Source of the DNA: Lepidodermella squamata
Taxonomy: Eukaryota > Animalia > Gastrotricha
Reading direction: 5' to 3'
Assembly (NCBI GenBank): GCA_047495785.1
Contig: JBLDXI010000036.1
Coordinates: forward strand, 992,001-1,056,000
Length of the DNA stretch: 64,000 nucleotides
This document shows positions 12,442 to 24,956 of the stretch, piece after piece. Within the stretch, counting starts at the first letter, position 1, and each line of letters begins with the position of its first letter. The notes beneath the pieces were generated by a model. The model saw only the letters and a list, made by a program, of their open reading frames with translations. It did not search any database and was not told where the DNA came from. Position numbers and translations under genes: made by a program.

Positions 12442-15400
12442 TTTTTTTTTTTTTTAAATATCATGTTTTATTTGGGTTCAACCCCGCGATTATGTAAAAC
12501 CGTAGAATCTTATAACCGCTAATTGTTTTTAGGTTAGTATTAGTGTTTTGATTACTTTGAGTGTATATATTAACTGTCATTATAGTATCAGTTTGTTCTT
12601 CAACAATGTAAAATCGTGTAATATTATTATATGCGAAGAGTGTAAAAAACCAAGATCAAGTAAGATAGGAATAGTCAATGCATGCGGAAGTACGAACTGA
12701 AATGTGTCAGTTTACAGGATATTCGTTTCACCTCATTATTCTTTCCTTTTCTCTCTGGGAGATGGGATCCCCGGAGACAACTGAGCGCATAGCTAAGGAG
12801 GCCCGACAAAACAAGGCTCGCGCTAGCCCACCGGCTGACAACGAGAGCCTCTACGGGCCATCAGAGCCGCGCTCACGCTCCGGGGGGCCATATCCGAGAG
12901 AGAAAATTTCATTTTTTTTTAATGATTATTCGCAGGTTTTTTCAGTTGTAATATGAGGTAGTAGTAAAAATCGGAGAATTCAAATTTCCGTACTCGTAGG
13001 AAATAAAATTCGATGTAGTTTAACAGTTCACAGGTTCAACTCCAAGTCGTACGATGCCATAAGACAAATAATAATAAATAGATTAGTAGTAATCAAAATC
13101 AAAATATATCTTAGTGTATATCATTTGCAATAAGCTTTTTACAACATATACACGCATTCTCAAACAATGTCTACAATGAAATCTCGAATTACGTCAAGTG
13201 GTGCTTTAACAGATGGGCGTGAGGGTGTAACAGGAGGTTTTTGTAAGACCTCGACAGTTTCTAAGCCACATTCGGTGCCAACTCTTATAGCTCGGGCAAT
13301 CGCTTTCGCTGTTCTTGCAGCTAATCGGTCTTTCAGCATTGGAACACCTGCTTCGAGATGAATCTGCCTCGTGCCGTACCATCGCGGTTTACCGAGGCAA
13401 ATCTTCAGGGCCGTGTTTTGAATGGTTTGAAGGGTTATCATGTTGTCGTCTTTCATTGAGAGAAAGGCTTCGCAGCCGGACTCCACGGCAGAGCGGACGT
13501 AGGCTTTGAACACAGTTAGAGCTGGTTTTGGAGGCATTCGAACTGATGGACCACACAGGCGACGCAAGCTTGAAATTCGCGAGGTGACTTTGTCCTGTAT
13601 CTTTAAGACATGAGAGTTAAAATTGAGTTTTTTATCAAAGATAACGCCGAGATAGGTAACTTCCGTAAGCCAGGGAAGGGTATTGCCATCAAAGACGAGT
13701 TTCGTTCTGTTATCCTCTTTCGCTAGAGAGAAGCGGATCACCTGCGTTTTATCCGAATTCAGTTTAAGCATATGTCGGTTATACCATTTGAGCACAAGGT
13801 CAAGTGTGGATTCAAGTCTCTCTTTTACCTGTCGTTTAGCAAATGAGGATCGTTCGGACGTTGTAAAAAGTAAAATGTCGTCAGCCAGCCCTCCGCGTTC
13901 AACAAGTGGCTGGTTAATATTATCAAAAAGACTATTGGTAAAAATAATAAAAAGAGATGGACTACTGGTCGCCCCTTGCGGGACCCCAGCTCTGATTGGC
14001 CTTGCGTTACCTAGCACAGAACCAATTCTTACCATGAATTTTCGCTCTTTGAGATTGCTGGCGAGGTAACGTTTGAGATAATTTGGAATAGGTAGATTAG
14101 ATATTATAAGTAGTAAAATGAAGTGCGGAACCTTGTCGAAAGCAGCTTGTACGTCTAAAAAACAGGCGGTTACGTCCTTCCCTTGCTGCATGGCTGCTTT
14201 TCCAGCTTGAGCTAGCCTGAATAAATGGTCTGAGCAGCCCCTTAAAAAACGGAAGCCGCACTGCCAATTGGCAAACCAGGAGTTTTTTTCTAGAGTTGTC
14301 ATTAAAATTCGGTTCAAGATTTTGTCGAATAGTTTGCCTATAGTTGGCAGGAGAGAAATGGGCCTGTGGCCTTTCGGTGACTGATGGTCTTTGCCTGGCT
14401 TAGGTAATAAAATAACAACAGCTATTTTCCAAGCTGACGGTACAAAACCGAATATCAAAATGCTTGTGTATAAAAAGAGCAATAGTTGAATCATTTTGTC
14501 GGAGGCTTGTTTAAGCAAAGTGTTATGAACATTGTCGTGGCCTGGGGCTTTCATTTTAAGGTCTCGAATGTGGTTTCTTATCATATCCGTATTTAAAACA
14601 CTTCTAGCTTCTTCATTTATGACTCCAGGTTCGAAGCAAGGTAAGCTGGCGGCGGCTTTTGCGTCTGCGTGGTATAGCCGGTCTTCTGCGGTTAGTTGTA
14701 AGTTATTGCACTCAGAAAATGTATTTTCGAGGAATTCCCCCATCACCTCAACTTTTCCTGCATCAGAGGTTATTGAGCGCCCGTCGACCAGCAGGTCTTT
14801 CATGACGTGAGGAGTTGTAGACGCATTTCTTTTCATGGCCGAATTCATAGCTCTCCAGAACATTTGCGGGGCCGTTCCGAAGTGACCATGCGCGCTTATT
14901 TGTTTTTTGTATACCCACCGGTTTGTCTCTTTTGTCCACATTTCGGTCACTTGGTCGCGGGATTTGTAATACGCCCTCTTCAGAGACGGAGAATTATACT
15001 TTTTAGCTAGTCGCTGAAGCCTATTTCGATTTTTCGTGGCAATAAGTATCGGTTTGGTCGTTCGACAAATTTTTAGTTTTCCCGCGGGTATTCTAGCTAT
15101 GTGCTTGTCCCTTGTTGTACAAAAAATGTCTTCGATACCTTTGTAAAACAGATCCATGGAGGGCTGATCTTCAAATTTTATCGGTCTGTTTGACAAAATG
15201 CGTTCACACATCTCGTCCATATCGCTCTTGAATATCGTCCAGTTTACGTTGCGATAGTTATAGCGATATTCTGGGTAGAAATTCTGTCTTTTTCCCGTTA
15301 AAGATAAGGCTGAGTACTCTATAACCACTGGTAAGTGTTCAGTACCAACAGACGGCAAGACGTAGGGCGTCGAGAAATAGTCTTTCAATTCCCTGGAACA

Positions 15401-15595
15401 TATGAATACGTCCAGCTGATCATCTTCTCCTATCGGGGAGCGATGAGTAACTTGACCTTTACTTAACATAACGAGATTATTGTTTAGCAGCAGCGGTAAC
15501 AGTTTGGTCCCATTAGAGTTTCGACTCTTACAGCCGAAACGTTCATGCTTCGCATTGAGGTCTCCACATAGAAGAGTGGCTCCGTCCTTTAATAT
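12442..15595 (-). mobile_element. 5'-truncated LINE (different family) inserted antisense into tandem unit 3
   Basis: T14 at 12442-12455 (poly(A) on minus); TSD CTCATACC at 12434-12441 and 15596-15603; ~700-bp 3' UTR. Confidence 0.93.
13160..15595 (-). CDS. LINE ORF2, truncated inside the endonuclease domain, RT intact
   Basis: Frame open from 15595 (ILKDGATLLCGDLNAKH...); APGHD, HRPISLL, DVQAAFDKV, GVPQG, LADD, YLGV motifs. Confidence 0.9.
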   Translation of the reverse strand: MLKDGATLLCGDLNAKHERFGCKSRNSNGTKLLPLLLNNNLVMLSKGQVTHRSPIGEDDQLDVFICSRELKDYFSTPYVLPSVGTEHLPVVIEYSALSLTGKRQNFYPEYRYNYRNVNWTIFKSDMDEMCERILSNRPIKFEDQPSMDLFYKGIEDIFCTTRDKHIARIPAGKLKICRTTKPILIATKNRNRLQRLAKKYNSPSLKRAYYKSRDQVTEMWTKETNRWVYKKQISAHGHFGTAPQMFWRAMNSAMKRNASTTPHVMKDLLVDGRSITSDAGKVEVMGEFLENTFSECNNLQLTAEDRLYHADAKAAASLPCFEPGVINEEARSVLNTDMIRNHIRDLKMKAPGHDNVHNTLLKQASDKMIQLLLFLYTSILIFGFVPSAWKIAVVILLPKPGKDHQSPKGHRPISLLPTIGKLFDKILNRILMTTLEKNSWFANWQCGFRFLRGCSDHLFRLAQAGKAAMQQGKDVTACFLDVQAAFDKVPHFILLLIISNLPIPNYLKRYLASNLKERKFMVRIGSVLGNARPIRAGVPQGATSSPSLFIIFTNSLFDNINQPLVERGGLADDILLFTTSERSSFAKRQVKERLESTLDLVLKWYNRHMLKLNSDKTQVIRFSLAKEDNRTKLVFDGNTLPWLTEVTYLGVIFDKKLNFNSHVLKIQDKVTSRISSLRRLCGPSVRMPPKPALTVFKAYVRSAVESGCEAFLSMKDDNMITLQTIQNTALKICLGKPRWYGTRQIHLEAGVPMLKDRLAARTAKAIARAIRVGTECGLETVEVLQKPPVTPSRPSVKAPLDVIRDFIVDIV

Positions 15596-15840
15596 CTCAT
15601 ACCATATATCTCGATTTTAATAATAAAATGTCGAGGTAGCATGGATCTCGGTCCTTCCAGGTTGTTCCTCGTGCATCACGTTGAAACTTTATTACGAGTC
15701 ACGTGACTTTTTCCGGTATTCCTTTTCTTCAACAGAATTAAAAGTTTTACTGTGTTATAGTTATACACTATAATGTTGGATTATAATCAAACCTTTATAA
15801 CCTAACGTGATAGACGCTAATCTACTTATATCCTCCAATG

Positions 15841-16338
15841 ATACCGACGTCGCCATCCCTACTCGGGGCGGCCCTGTTTTAGCACCCATCGCGCTTACGG
15901 TTCAATTTTATGCGTGCCGACTGGCCTAAATACGTAGATGATGTGTCGTCGCGGCTACTTGCCCCAGGGCGGCGACCGAACGGAAGAAGCTTTTGAAACC
16001 TTCTCACGAGCGATAGTAAGAGTTATGATGGACGCCGCAATTGCGACGATCCCTAGATGTGCCGCATCGAAATTGCCGGCTGTTCACCTCAATGACGACA
16101 TCCGCCGAGCAATCGCCGCTCGCTCCGAGGCCGAAAAGTCGCACGCGGCCGAGCAAAGTGTCGCGTACAAAGCGGCCCTCAACGCTGCGACACGCACGGT
16201 GGCACAGGCAGTCGGGCGGGTCAAGCACCGCGAACACCTACGACGGTTGGAACAGATCGCGGCGTTGTTTCGAGATCAACAAGCGGCGCTCGCTTGGCAA
16301 CAGGCGCAACGACTGCTCGGATCGCAAAAGGCCACGCG
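15841..16338 (+). pseudogene. Decayed, internally deleted piece of the tandem-unit LINE
   Basis: Matches 2604-3121 with small deletions, a TAG and substitutions; about 720 bp upstream deleted; ends abruptly after AAGGCCACGCG. Confidence 0.85.
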
Positions 16339-17019
16339 AATATTTTTGAACAAAGCAGCGCTGTGAGAGAATTCAAAGTCCTAAGTCCTTGAACATCTAT
16401 TAAGAGCAAAATAAGAGCACCGAAAGGAAGATCTGGCAACCTTTTTTAACGGGGAAAGCGCCGTCCATTCGCAAAATGTTCAAAACATTTACAACCCTGT
16501 GTCTCGCGATTGATATGTTTCCCAGTTCCCAGAAATAGACAATTCGGGTTAAAGCTGTGGTGTGAAACCAACCATGAAACGCTATGTATGATATGACAGA
16601 TGCTTGAAGCCAATCGGAACAGTTAGCTCGCATTCTGGCGAGCGTAGCGAGCAGAAAAAATTAGGATTCTGCATTTAATTTCCGCATAATTTGAACCTTA
16701 TAACTGCATTTGTAGACGGAATGATCAGCCCAGAACAGAAGTACTTCTGTTCCCCAAGGATCAGCCAAATGATCGAAAATCGGGAAGTTGTTGTTTGGGC
16801 GGGGGGTTCAATATTCGTTTTTGAAGTTTTTTGACAACCAAAACAACCTCCTGGCGCCTGGATACTCCCAGGGCGCTAATTAAGAGGAAATGACAAGCTA
16901 AAAGCCCACTACAATTTTAGGTTTATTTTTTTTCTAGTGACACTTTTACTGTAGATTCGATTCATAATAATTCCAGCTGAGATGTTTTAGGGTCTACTAA
17001 CTTCCTAGCACTGACTTCA

Positions 17020-18070
17020 ACCCGCCGCTAAGCGCTGCCGCCTTGTCGAGGGAGCTTATTGACATAAGCCTTATTAGAAAAGCATCGCCTCAGCATGGGC
17101 TCGCTACAGCTGATATCATTCGCGAACTCATTCGTAGCACTACTAGCTCATTATTTCATCACTTTGAGCTTCCATATTTCTTCTACGAAGCTATTGACAT
17201 GGTGGAAAAGGTTGTTTCTATAATCGCATTGTTATCCTGTTTCGTTGATGGGGGTTGCTGTAGCATGTTGCTTTAAATGCCGCGATCGAATTTATTTGTC
17301 ATATATCATATACTACCCATGAGTCGTCGCCGCGAAGTAAGTGGCACTTAACTATCAATCCATTTTGACTTGAATATTACAGCCATAGATCCTGCAATCA
17401 GCCTTGAAACAAAATGCAACGGAGCCATACCGATAACTCGATTTTAATGAAACGGCTCCGAATATTTTCGAGGTGGCATGGGTCGTTGTTCGTACATTGT
17501 TTGGCAGCTTCATCATTAGTCACGTGACTATATTGTGTAGCCTATTGTGATGTGTATTATGATCTATGCCAATTATTTATTGTCTGGTGGCGGGATGAAG
17601 CATTCGATCATTTTCCAGATAAGCCAGAGAGCTTCTATATAGGTACCGCTAGGGATAATAGGGATCATCCTTGCCAATTTAACCGCAAGATGAACCAGTT
17701 CGGCTGTCCTACTTATACGAGCGATCGATCGATCGAAGCAATCTGCAATCCAATCGACAATCAAAATTCAACCCGAAAATGCTGAGTGAGAAAGTGACTG
17801 GAATTATCCCACTGAGAGACAACGGATTAGCGCACTTCGCACTTTGATTAGAGCAAATTATTACAGCCGATTTAACCCGATTTAAGTGCAATCATCCAAG
17901 TCGAATTGTCCATGAATTCGAGAAATGACCCTGATCAATGGTCAAAATGTAGTATGTATTCTGAGTAGTTAAATGATATCAACGGCGACCTTCATCTTAC
18001 GATAGTTGGCCCTATCGGACTGACATGGCGGTTCCTCCAGGATACGGCTCAACCCTGAATATGGGTTTAG
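17020..18070 (+). repeat. Diverged, LINE-free homolog of the tandem unit backbone
   Basis: Blocks match 1220-1980 (e.g. ATGAGTCGTC, TCTGGTGGCGGGA) then 4853 and 397-580 (TGACC.TGATCAA, TGTAGTAT, CCTCC.GGAT.CGGCTCA). Confidence 0.7.
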
Positions 18071-18375
18071 AAACAAAGCCAACTTTAAAATTTGGGCTAG
18101 TTGGTTTTGAGCAATCAAGAAATGATCCCATGATTTCGAGAGCAATAAAAAAATTCAGATTATGCATTAAATGGTTTTATTTCCTTCTACTAGTGCGGAA
18201 AATAAGTTGGTGAATGAATTGTAATTATTATAATTATTAGGTAAATTTTCATACATTCCATAATTTCAATGAGCCAAATGAAAGGCAAGCATTACGAAGT
18301 CTTCAGATAATTTCCAAACTCGATAATTGCTTTTACAGCATGCTCCAGGGATTAGGTAAGTCCAAGCATAGCAGT

Positions 18376-21003
18376 TCACGGTTTCGAATAATCAGCACAT
18401 TCGATTTCTACGATACGCTGCTGGATGAAAGTCAGAACTTCATCGAAAAGGCTCAGGCAGCGAATGCCTCCTACAAACGGCTTCACCGGCGTGGCCCAGG
18501 ACCTGAAGGGTACAAAAAAAGATTATAGATTGGAGAAATGTTCAGACATCGATTCGAGTCATTCCAATTTTTTTCTTTCGCCAGTAATTTATCTTGAATA
18601 CAAGGTTTCAGCACTATATCTTGGGTCCGATTTAGAAAAAAGCCAAACTAACCCTCCTATACGGATTGCCCCGCCATTCGTAACCGGTCGAACGGTGCTT
18701 GCTGGCAAGTAGACGCCGTTTGTTTTGTCGCAGAAGAAACCCAACACGCCGGTGGACGAATCGAACGTTATCGCCAAAAATCGCCACAAAGTGTCTTTCG
18801 GACATTGTACAGCCTGCTCGGATGATCCAAACGCCCTGACAAGAAACGGCTGCGACCGATCTGGGGAAGCTGTGACTCGTAGCCCAGGCACCGATCCGTC
18901 AGGCGCGTATTCGAAAACCGTGCTCACCTCGCTACCAGAGATGAGCGTTGCGAAAAGCGTGATGGTGAAATTGCCGCTGCTCAGCTTCGTCTTATCAGCA
19001 GTCACAGTTATGCCTTCGTTCGCGCTGTAAGTAAACGACGAATTCGCGATACCGAACGGCCCCGAGGCAGCGATTGGGGGAGTTGCGCCCGTTACTACGG
19101 CATCGGCTGTCGGGTCGATTTTGTCCTTGAAATCATAAGCCAAAGACCAGCTTGCTCTTCTCCAGGGTAGGAGTTTGGAATAGCCAGTCGTCCTAAGGTA
19201 GTGAGACGCAGATTGAACCTGCAGGCACTTCATCCGAACTATCCACGACTCTTCGACGCTGAGCGCGTATTTGTAAAACGTGAAGCACGATATCTGGCCT
19301 GTGAAGGTCAGCGATGCATTCAAACTGCTGCCGAGTCTCAGCTTCGAACCAGCGGATGCGCTTGCTTGCGAAACTTCGTCATCGAAATTGTCGCTAATGA
19401 ACCGCAGCCGACCTGCACTGCTGTCGTAAGAAAAGCAGACGAAGACCCATGGTTGAAATTCACCGGGTGACAGCACAGTATTCGTATATGTATAACTGCC
19501 TGGTGTATGAAAATATAAAAACAACAGTAGGTAATTAAAATGAAGTTTCTTCGAAAAGTAAGGCCTGAATCCTTAATTATTAAGCTCTGGGGCTCGAAAA
19601 CGGGGGTCCAAATATTTGAGAGCTGAAAATGCTCGAAAAATTAGCCGTCGTGGCACTAAAGTTTCCGGAATTTTCGCGATTTTCGTTTTTGATTGCAGCG
19701 TGCGACTTCTTTAATTTTGAGAGGTTTTTCGAGCGTTTTTTGTGGGAAATCTTCAAAATTTCCTCGCTTCGCTTGTTTATTGGTTGAAATCCAGAGATTT
19801 TCCCCATCTCTGGCAGCTCCAGGATCCAAGATCACACCCGGTTTCCGGTTTGGTTGAAATTGATGCCCACCCTGAACCTGAGCTTTTTTAGGTTTTAGCT
19901 GCATGGTGCTCTAAGCTACGACATAAGTCATCGAGGTTACGTTCCAAGGCGGCTGATATCGGCAGAACCACTGATTTGCAAAATCGATACTTGGAATCGA
20001 TATCGGCTCTATAAGATAAATCATGAACCGATCGCTCATAGCGCGAAATACGCGTAATTTGAAGGTCAATCGGTTATCGGTTAGGTGTTATAGCCAAAAA
20101 TTTGAGATTCTAGTGAAGACTGGAAACTTAGCAAACTATATTTAGTGGAAAACTGGCTAGAGTCTCAAATTTAGTGCTAAAACGCCCTGAATTTGGGGTG
20201 CCTCATTTCGCTTATTTTGTTCATTTCCCGGTTCAATTATCGATAACCCTCATTTTAAACAGTGGCCCGACTCGGAACCGCTCTCAGGGACTAAGTCTGG
20301 CATTTTTGAGAAATGTTCAAGGCAACGTTCACGTTTTTTCGAAAAAGGACTCATCTCCCCTTCCCCACTCGGAATAGTAGTTTTACATTATTACCTGTTG
20401 TTACGCGGAAAATGTTCTGAGCCGGGTTGTAATATATGCCGAATAGCACTTGTGTCGTGTCGTGAGATTCCATAATTGGAACAAATTCATTCGGCCGTCC
20501 AGTGAAGCCAGCGTACGCGCACGCCGTAAAAGACGTCCCATTGACGGCCAGCTCGCTTCTGTCCATGTAAATGTAACCGTTTGTCGGGCTGAGTTCAGGC
20601 GCCGATTCCTCGATGCCAAAGGGACCAAAAGCTAAGTTCAGAGAAGCGCCAGTAATATGTGCAACGAAGACGTTTCCACTGGCGTCACTAGTGCCGGCGT
20701 TATAATTTAGTGGCAGAAAAACAATACTTGGGGGTAGCCCGAAAGGTTCCTCTATAAAATTAACCGATTGTTTTTTAATTGCACTTGATGATCACTCAAA
20801 CCCACGCTGCATGCACAGATCGCGACTTGTAAACGTTGGTGGAATAAACTTAGGTACAAGAACGTCTTGATCCTACATGAAGAAAAAGTTAAAATAACGA
20901 GATATTCCTTTTCATTTCAAGACGTACCCAGTAACCCGGACAGTAGTTATTCACAGGAACACATCTTGTTTCCACCCAAAATTGGCTTTGACATAGCTTG
21001 ACC
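18376..21003 (-). CDS. Multi-exon LamG/pentraxin (concanavalin-A-like) repeat protein; 5' end uncertain
   Basis: Repeats of GPFG, FT..F, W.F.A.T.D, F.G.I.C...Y...L; exons near 20396-20750, 18652-19500 and 18376-18502 (last exon SWATPVKPFVGGIRCLSLFDEVL...). Confidence 0.65.
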
Positions 21004-21539
21004 TTTCAAAGAAAATTTCTCCAGCCAGTAAACACGAAATAGCAATAGCTCTTGAAAAGCAGTTCGCGAACCTTTGTTTCTCTCATAGGATAGAAAATTT
21101 TGTAATTCCGAGATACCTGCCTTTCGAGGCACGTGAAATCTCTGTTCTTAGTTTATTTTCCAACTAAATTCCACACGATTCGACAAAAATTGAGATCAAG
21201 CATGGCGCAATGGCATTTAAAATCTGCTCATTGCAGCATTGGCCAAACCAACAGCCAACAGATGATCTCTGAATAGACCAAGAACCAAAAACCCTTCGTT
21301 TCTCCCAAGATCCAATATTGGCTAATACTTTTTTATAGAAAAAAATTCGATTTCAATAGAGAAAATTCGATTTTTGAAGTAACTCAAATTGTTCCCGAAA
21401 AAGCAACCGGTAAACGCTTGGAAATCCCATCTACCCGAAGAATTCCTCAATCTTCGATTTTAGAAACTTGTCACATTTTTAAAATATCATTATTTAATAT
21501 TACTGTAGTGCTAAGATTTTGTATACAACAAAAGTTTAC

Positions 21540-22914
21540 CGGAATTTCGTTCATACAGGCGTCGTGATTTTCTTTGAATGTTGTCGAAACACCATACAAC
21601 TTAACCTGAACGTATAAAGATTGCCGATTGTTAACGTTGGATAAGCTATTTTTTCGAACTCACCTGAGTTCCACTGGGCTTGATGCCATAGCATCGAACG
21701 CTGTCGCTCGTATTACACATTACGGCTCTCTGGGAAACGAAATTTGAAATTTTATAAAATTATCATTTCATCAAATTATATTATGCTACCAACCCCATTC
21801 AAACAGCTTGCTCTGTTGACAAAGACAGCGTTCGAAAATGCTCGAGTTTCAGTATTGGACAGGCAGCCGGTAGCCTCGAGTCGGCAATCGATAAAATAAT
21901 TTGTTTTGGCGTCGAAGCACCTGACATGCGGCTTTTCACGGTCTGGAACAGTGACTAGAAAAATATGAAATAAAACGATGCGAATGAAAACAATAATTAT
22001 GTGAAACTTACGCGTGGTACCGGCGATGCAGATATTCAAATTATTGAAACTCATGCCATCAGTTGTCTGGAAAATACAGGTTAAACAAGTCGTGTTATGA
22101 ATTTAAAAAAATCCAACCCAATTCTCAGGACATGTATAGCTATATGGAATACACGTCTTTACGATTCCATTTTCTGTGCAGCGTTTAAAAGCTTGATTCT
22201 ATATATAAATAGTTAAGCGATAATTAAAAATTAGGGAATAAAAATTGTAATTACCATGAAATTTGATCGGGCGTCATTGCAAGCGTCCAAACTGCTCCTC
22301 ATAGTGATGTTTCTGAACCAGTCCAGCTATCAAGAGATGGAAAATTGGTAGACGATGGGCGAAGCTCAATTCCTACCTCAATTTCTCTGTCAGCCGCTGG
22401 TTCACCGCTCGTTTTACAGTTCCCGAGGCCGGGATTGCATCGAGTTGTTAATGAGCCGTATTTGTAGCACATTTTGGCATTCTGTATTTTTTGAGGAAAT
22501 GAAATTGAGCCGTAAAAGATATAAAAGAAGCACTTCGAACCCCTAGTCGGCAGGTTGCGAAATCCGGGAGCTGCGGACCCCACTGGTAAAAAAAAACGAA
22601 GCAAATTTTACACAGGATTTCACAGGAATCTTTAGCATCTTCAAAAAGTTAAAACCAGCATGTCCCTTTTAAAGACAAAATTTCCCAAATAAAAAGACCA
22701 CAGAAAAATTGGAAACTTTTAGGAATGTATCCCACGTGAATTTTAGAAAATTCTTGAGCAGTTTTCCTAAATTTTTAAAATAGTCATCAAAATGTTCTCG
22801 GTTCGCTCGAAAGTTATTTTGAAAAATTCGAAGACTGACCATGCTCTTATTAAACCTCTTGATTTATTTTGAGCAAATAAAATAATATACTAATAATAAT
22901 AAATCACATAACAA

Positions 22915-22945
<31 letters not shown>

Positions 22946-23488
22946 CATCATCATCTTCATCATCACAAGATAATAATAATAATAAATATTACAATATAAT
23001 AAATCACAAATAATAATGTGATTTTCGTATATGATAAGCTGAGAATTTAATTTTGAACGATGTGTCATTTTAATTTTGTAAATTTTCTATAAAAATACAT
23101 TTTGAAATGCCGAAATGATAGATAAAACCGTATTTGTTCCAATTGTAGCCCATCCACTAATAATTGCCCATCTGTAATTGTATCTCAGGGTTAAATTCGG
23201 TTCGAAAACATAAAAAATGAATTATCATTTGCTGAACAATTCAGCAAAAAATAATTGTTTGAAATTTTCAAAAAAGTTGAAATTTCAGTAGCCTGGTTGC
23301 TCCAGGAACAAATAGGGTAATTAATTGACGGTGCCGCCTACCTGATATTCAAAGATTGGATCACATGTTGTATAACAGTTGGAGAAAACGTTGTTGGTCT
23401 GATAGAAGCAGCGCTTGAAATTTTGACCAGCTGCCGGAGCAATACAGCAAATAATAATTGAAAATAATGCGGGAATAAAAAGCTTCAT
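21540..23488 (-). CDS. Multi-exon secreted Cys-rich protein of unknown family (paralog A); exon structure approximate
   Basis: Signal-like MKLFIPALFSIIIAVLL at 23488; exons AKMCYKYGSLTTRCNPGLGNC and EKPHVRCFDAKTNYFIDCR resemble the gene at 58.4-59.9 kb. Confidence 0.5.
22890..23017. repeat. (AAT)n/(CAT)n microsatellite
   Basis: Direct inspection. Confidence 0.85.
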
Positions 23489-24956
23489 CTTTTCGATATA
23501 AAATAAGCAGAAATGGTGAAAAATGTTTTTTATTGACGGCTTAAAAGTTGACCGAAAGCACGCGTCTTAAAAAAATGTGCGTGAAAAATACTGGTGACAC
23601 GTGATTTTGTTGTTATTCAAATTTGAAAAATATGTCAACTGCCCTGATTTTCCAGCCATAAAATTTCAGCGCTTTGCCTCTGGCTAGATCACATTATTAG
23701 GGATAGGTTGAAGCCATGGGAGATTGTAGGAATTGCAAGTTTCATCGACGAACCCCACGCAAACTTCTCTATTCATGCATTAATCATCGCAGTGAAAAAT
23801 GAAACGGTGGAGAACGTTGAATATTTCGGAAATTCAATCAATTTAAAGGATCACAATCAGGAGTGATGAGATCAACTATTGATCTCTATAGGTTATACTT
23901 TCCACTTATCAGGGTCAGAATTCGATCTTCGATTGATTGACATTAACAGTTATCTTCTACATTCATTTTGGAATTTCTTTGATTAAACTAGCGAAATTTA
24001 TCGAATAAAAAACTGAAAAACGATTACAAAATAATCCAAGAATAGCAATCCAGCGGAAATCTTCGGGCACCGGATCTTCTCTCGTTTCACGTTCGCTCTA
24101 TTTTTCTCTGACTTGAAATTCAAGCATAAAGAGTAAATAGGGCTTCGAAAATAACCGTATCATTGGCACAGCAAAAATACCCCGCCAACACTGAGTATGT
24201 TGTTACCCTGCGTAATATGCGGTTTTGTGTTCATATTACTGATCCTTTTGTTTGATTTTCTCGTCTCCTATAATTCATAAATATATTAATATGAATGATA
24301 CGTATTTTCACTATAAAAAATAACATGTCATGTTATTTTACTGAATGAGTAAGGGAGATTTGAAATCACATGGTTAGAAACTTGTTTACGACAACTTTTA
24401 AAACTCCACGCGATCAGGCAAATTTTGATTTGAAAAATAACATAAAATTTAAGGGCGGTCCGTGCAAAGATTTATTCTTAACTCTCACATTAGATATTTT
24501 CTTAATAATTTATTAAATGCCCTTCTGCACTTGAATGCCCTTGAATTCCCTTCTAAACTTCTGCGCTTCATTTTGAAACAATTGTATTTATTGCGATTGA
24601 AATCCTGCAAAAACTCCTGGCTAAACTATGTGTCTGTGAAAGATTAGGCTATCCTTAGAACTATTAACCGAAAAATTTTGATGCATGATTCCCAGGGTGC
24701 GATCTTCGATCCCCGAGCTCCCAGGGATGGAAAAATTTGTTTTGCTGTTTTTGCCAAAATGACGAGTCATTTCGGCTAATAACCGAGCGAAGCGAGAAAA
24801 TTTTGAAGATTTTCCACTGAAACACGCCCCAGAACCGTCCAAAATAACCAAAACAGTGGGATAAATTCTCATTTTGTTGTCTGGCCCGGCCGAGCTGGGG
24901 GGATGGGGGGGGGGGTCGCACACTGATCGCACACTGATGATTCCTATTTATTCAAT

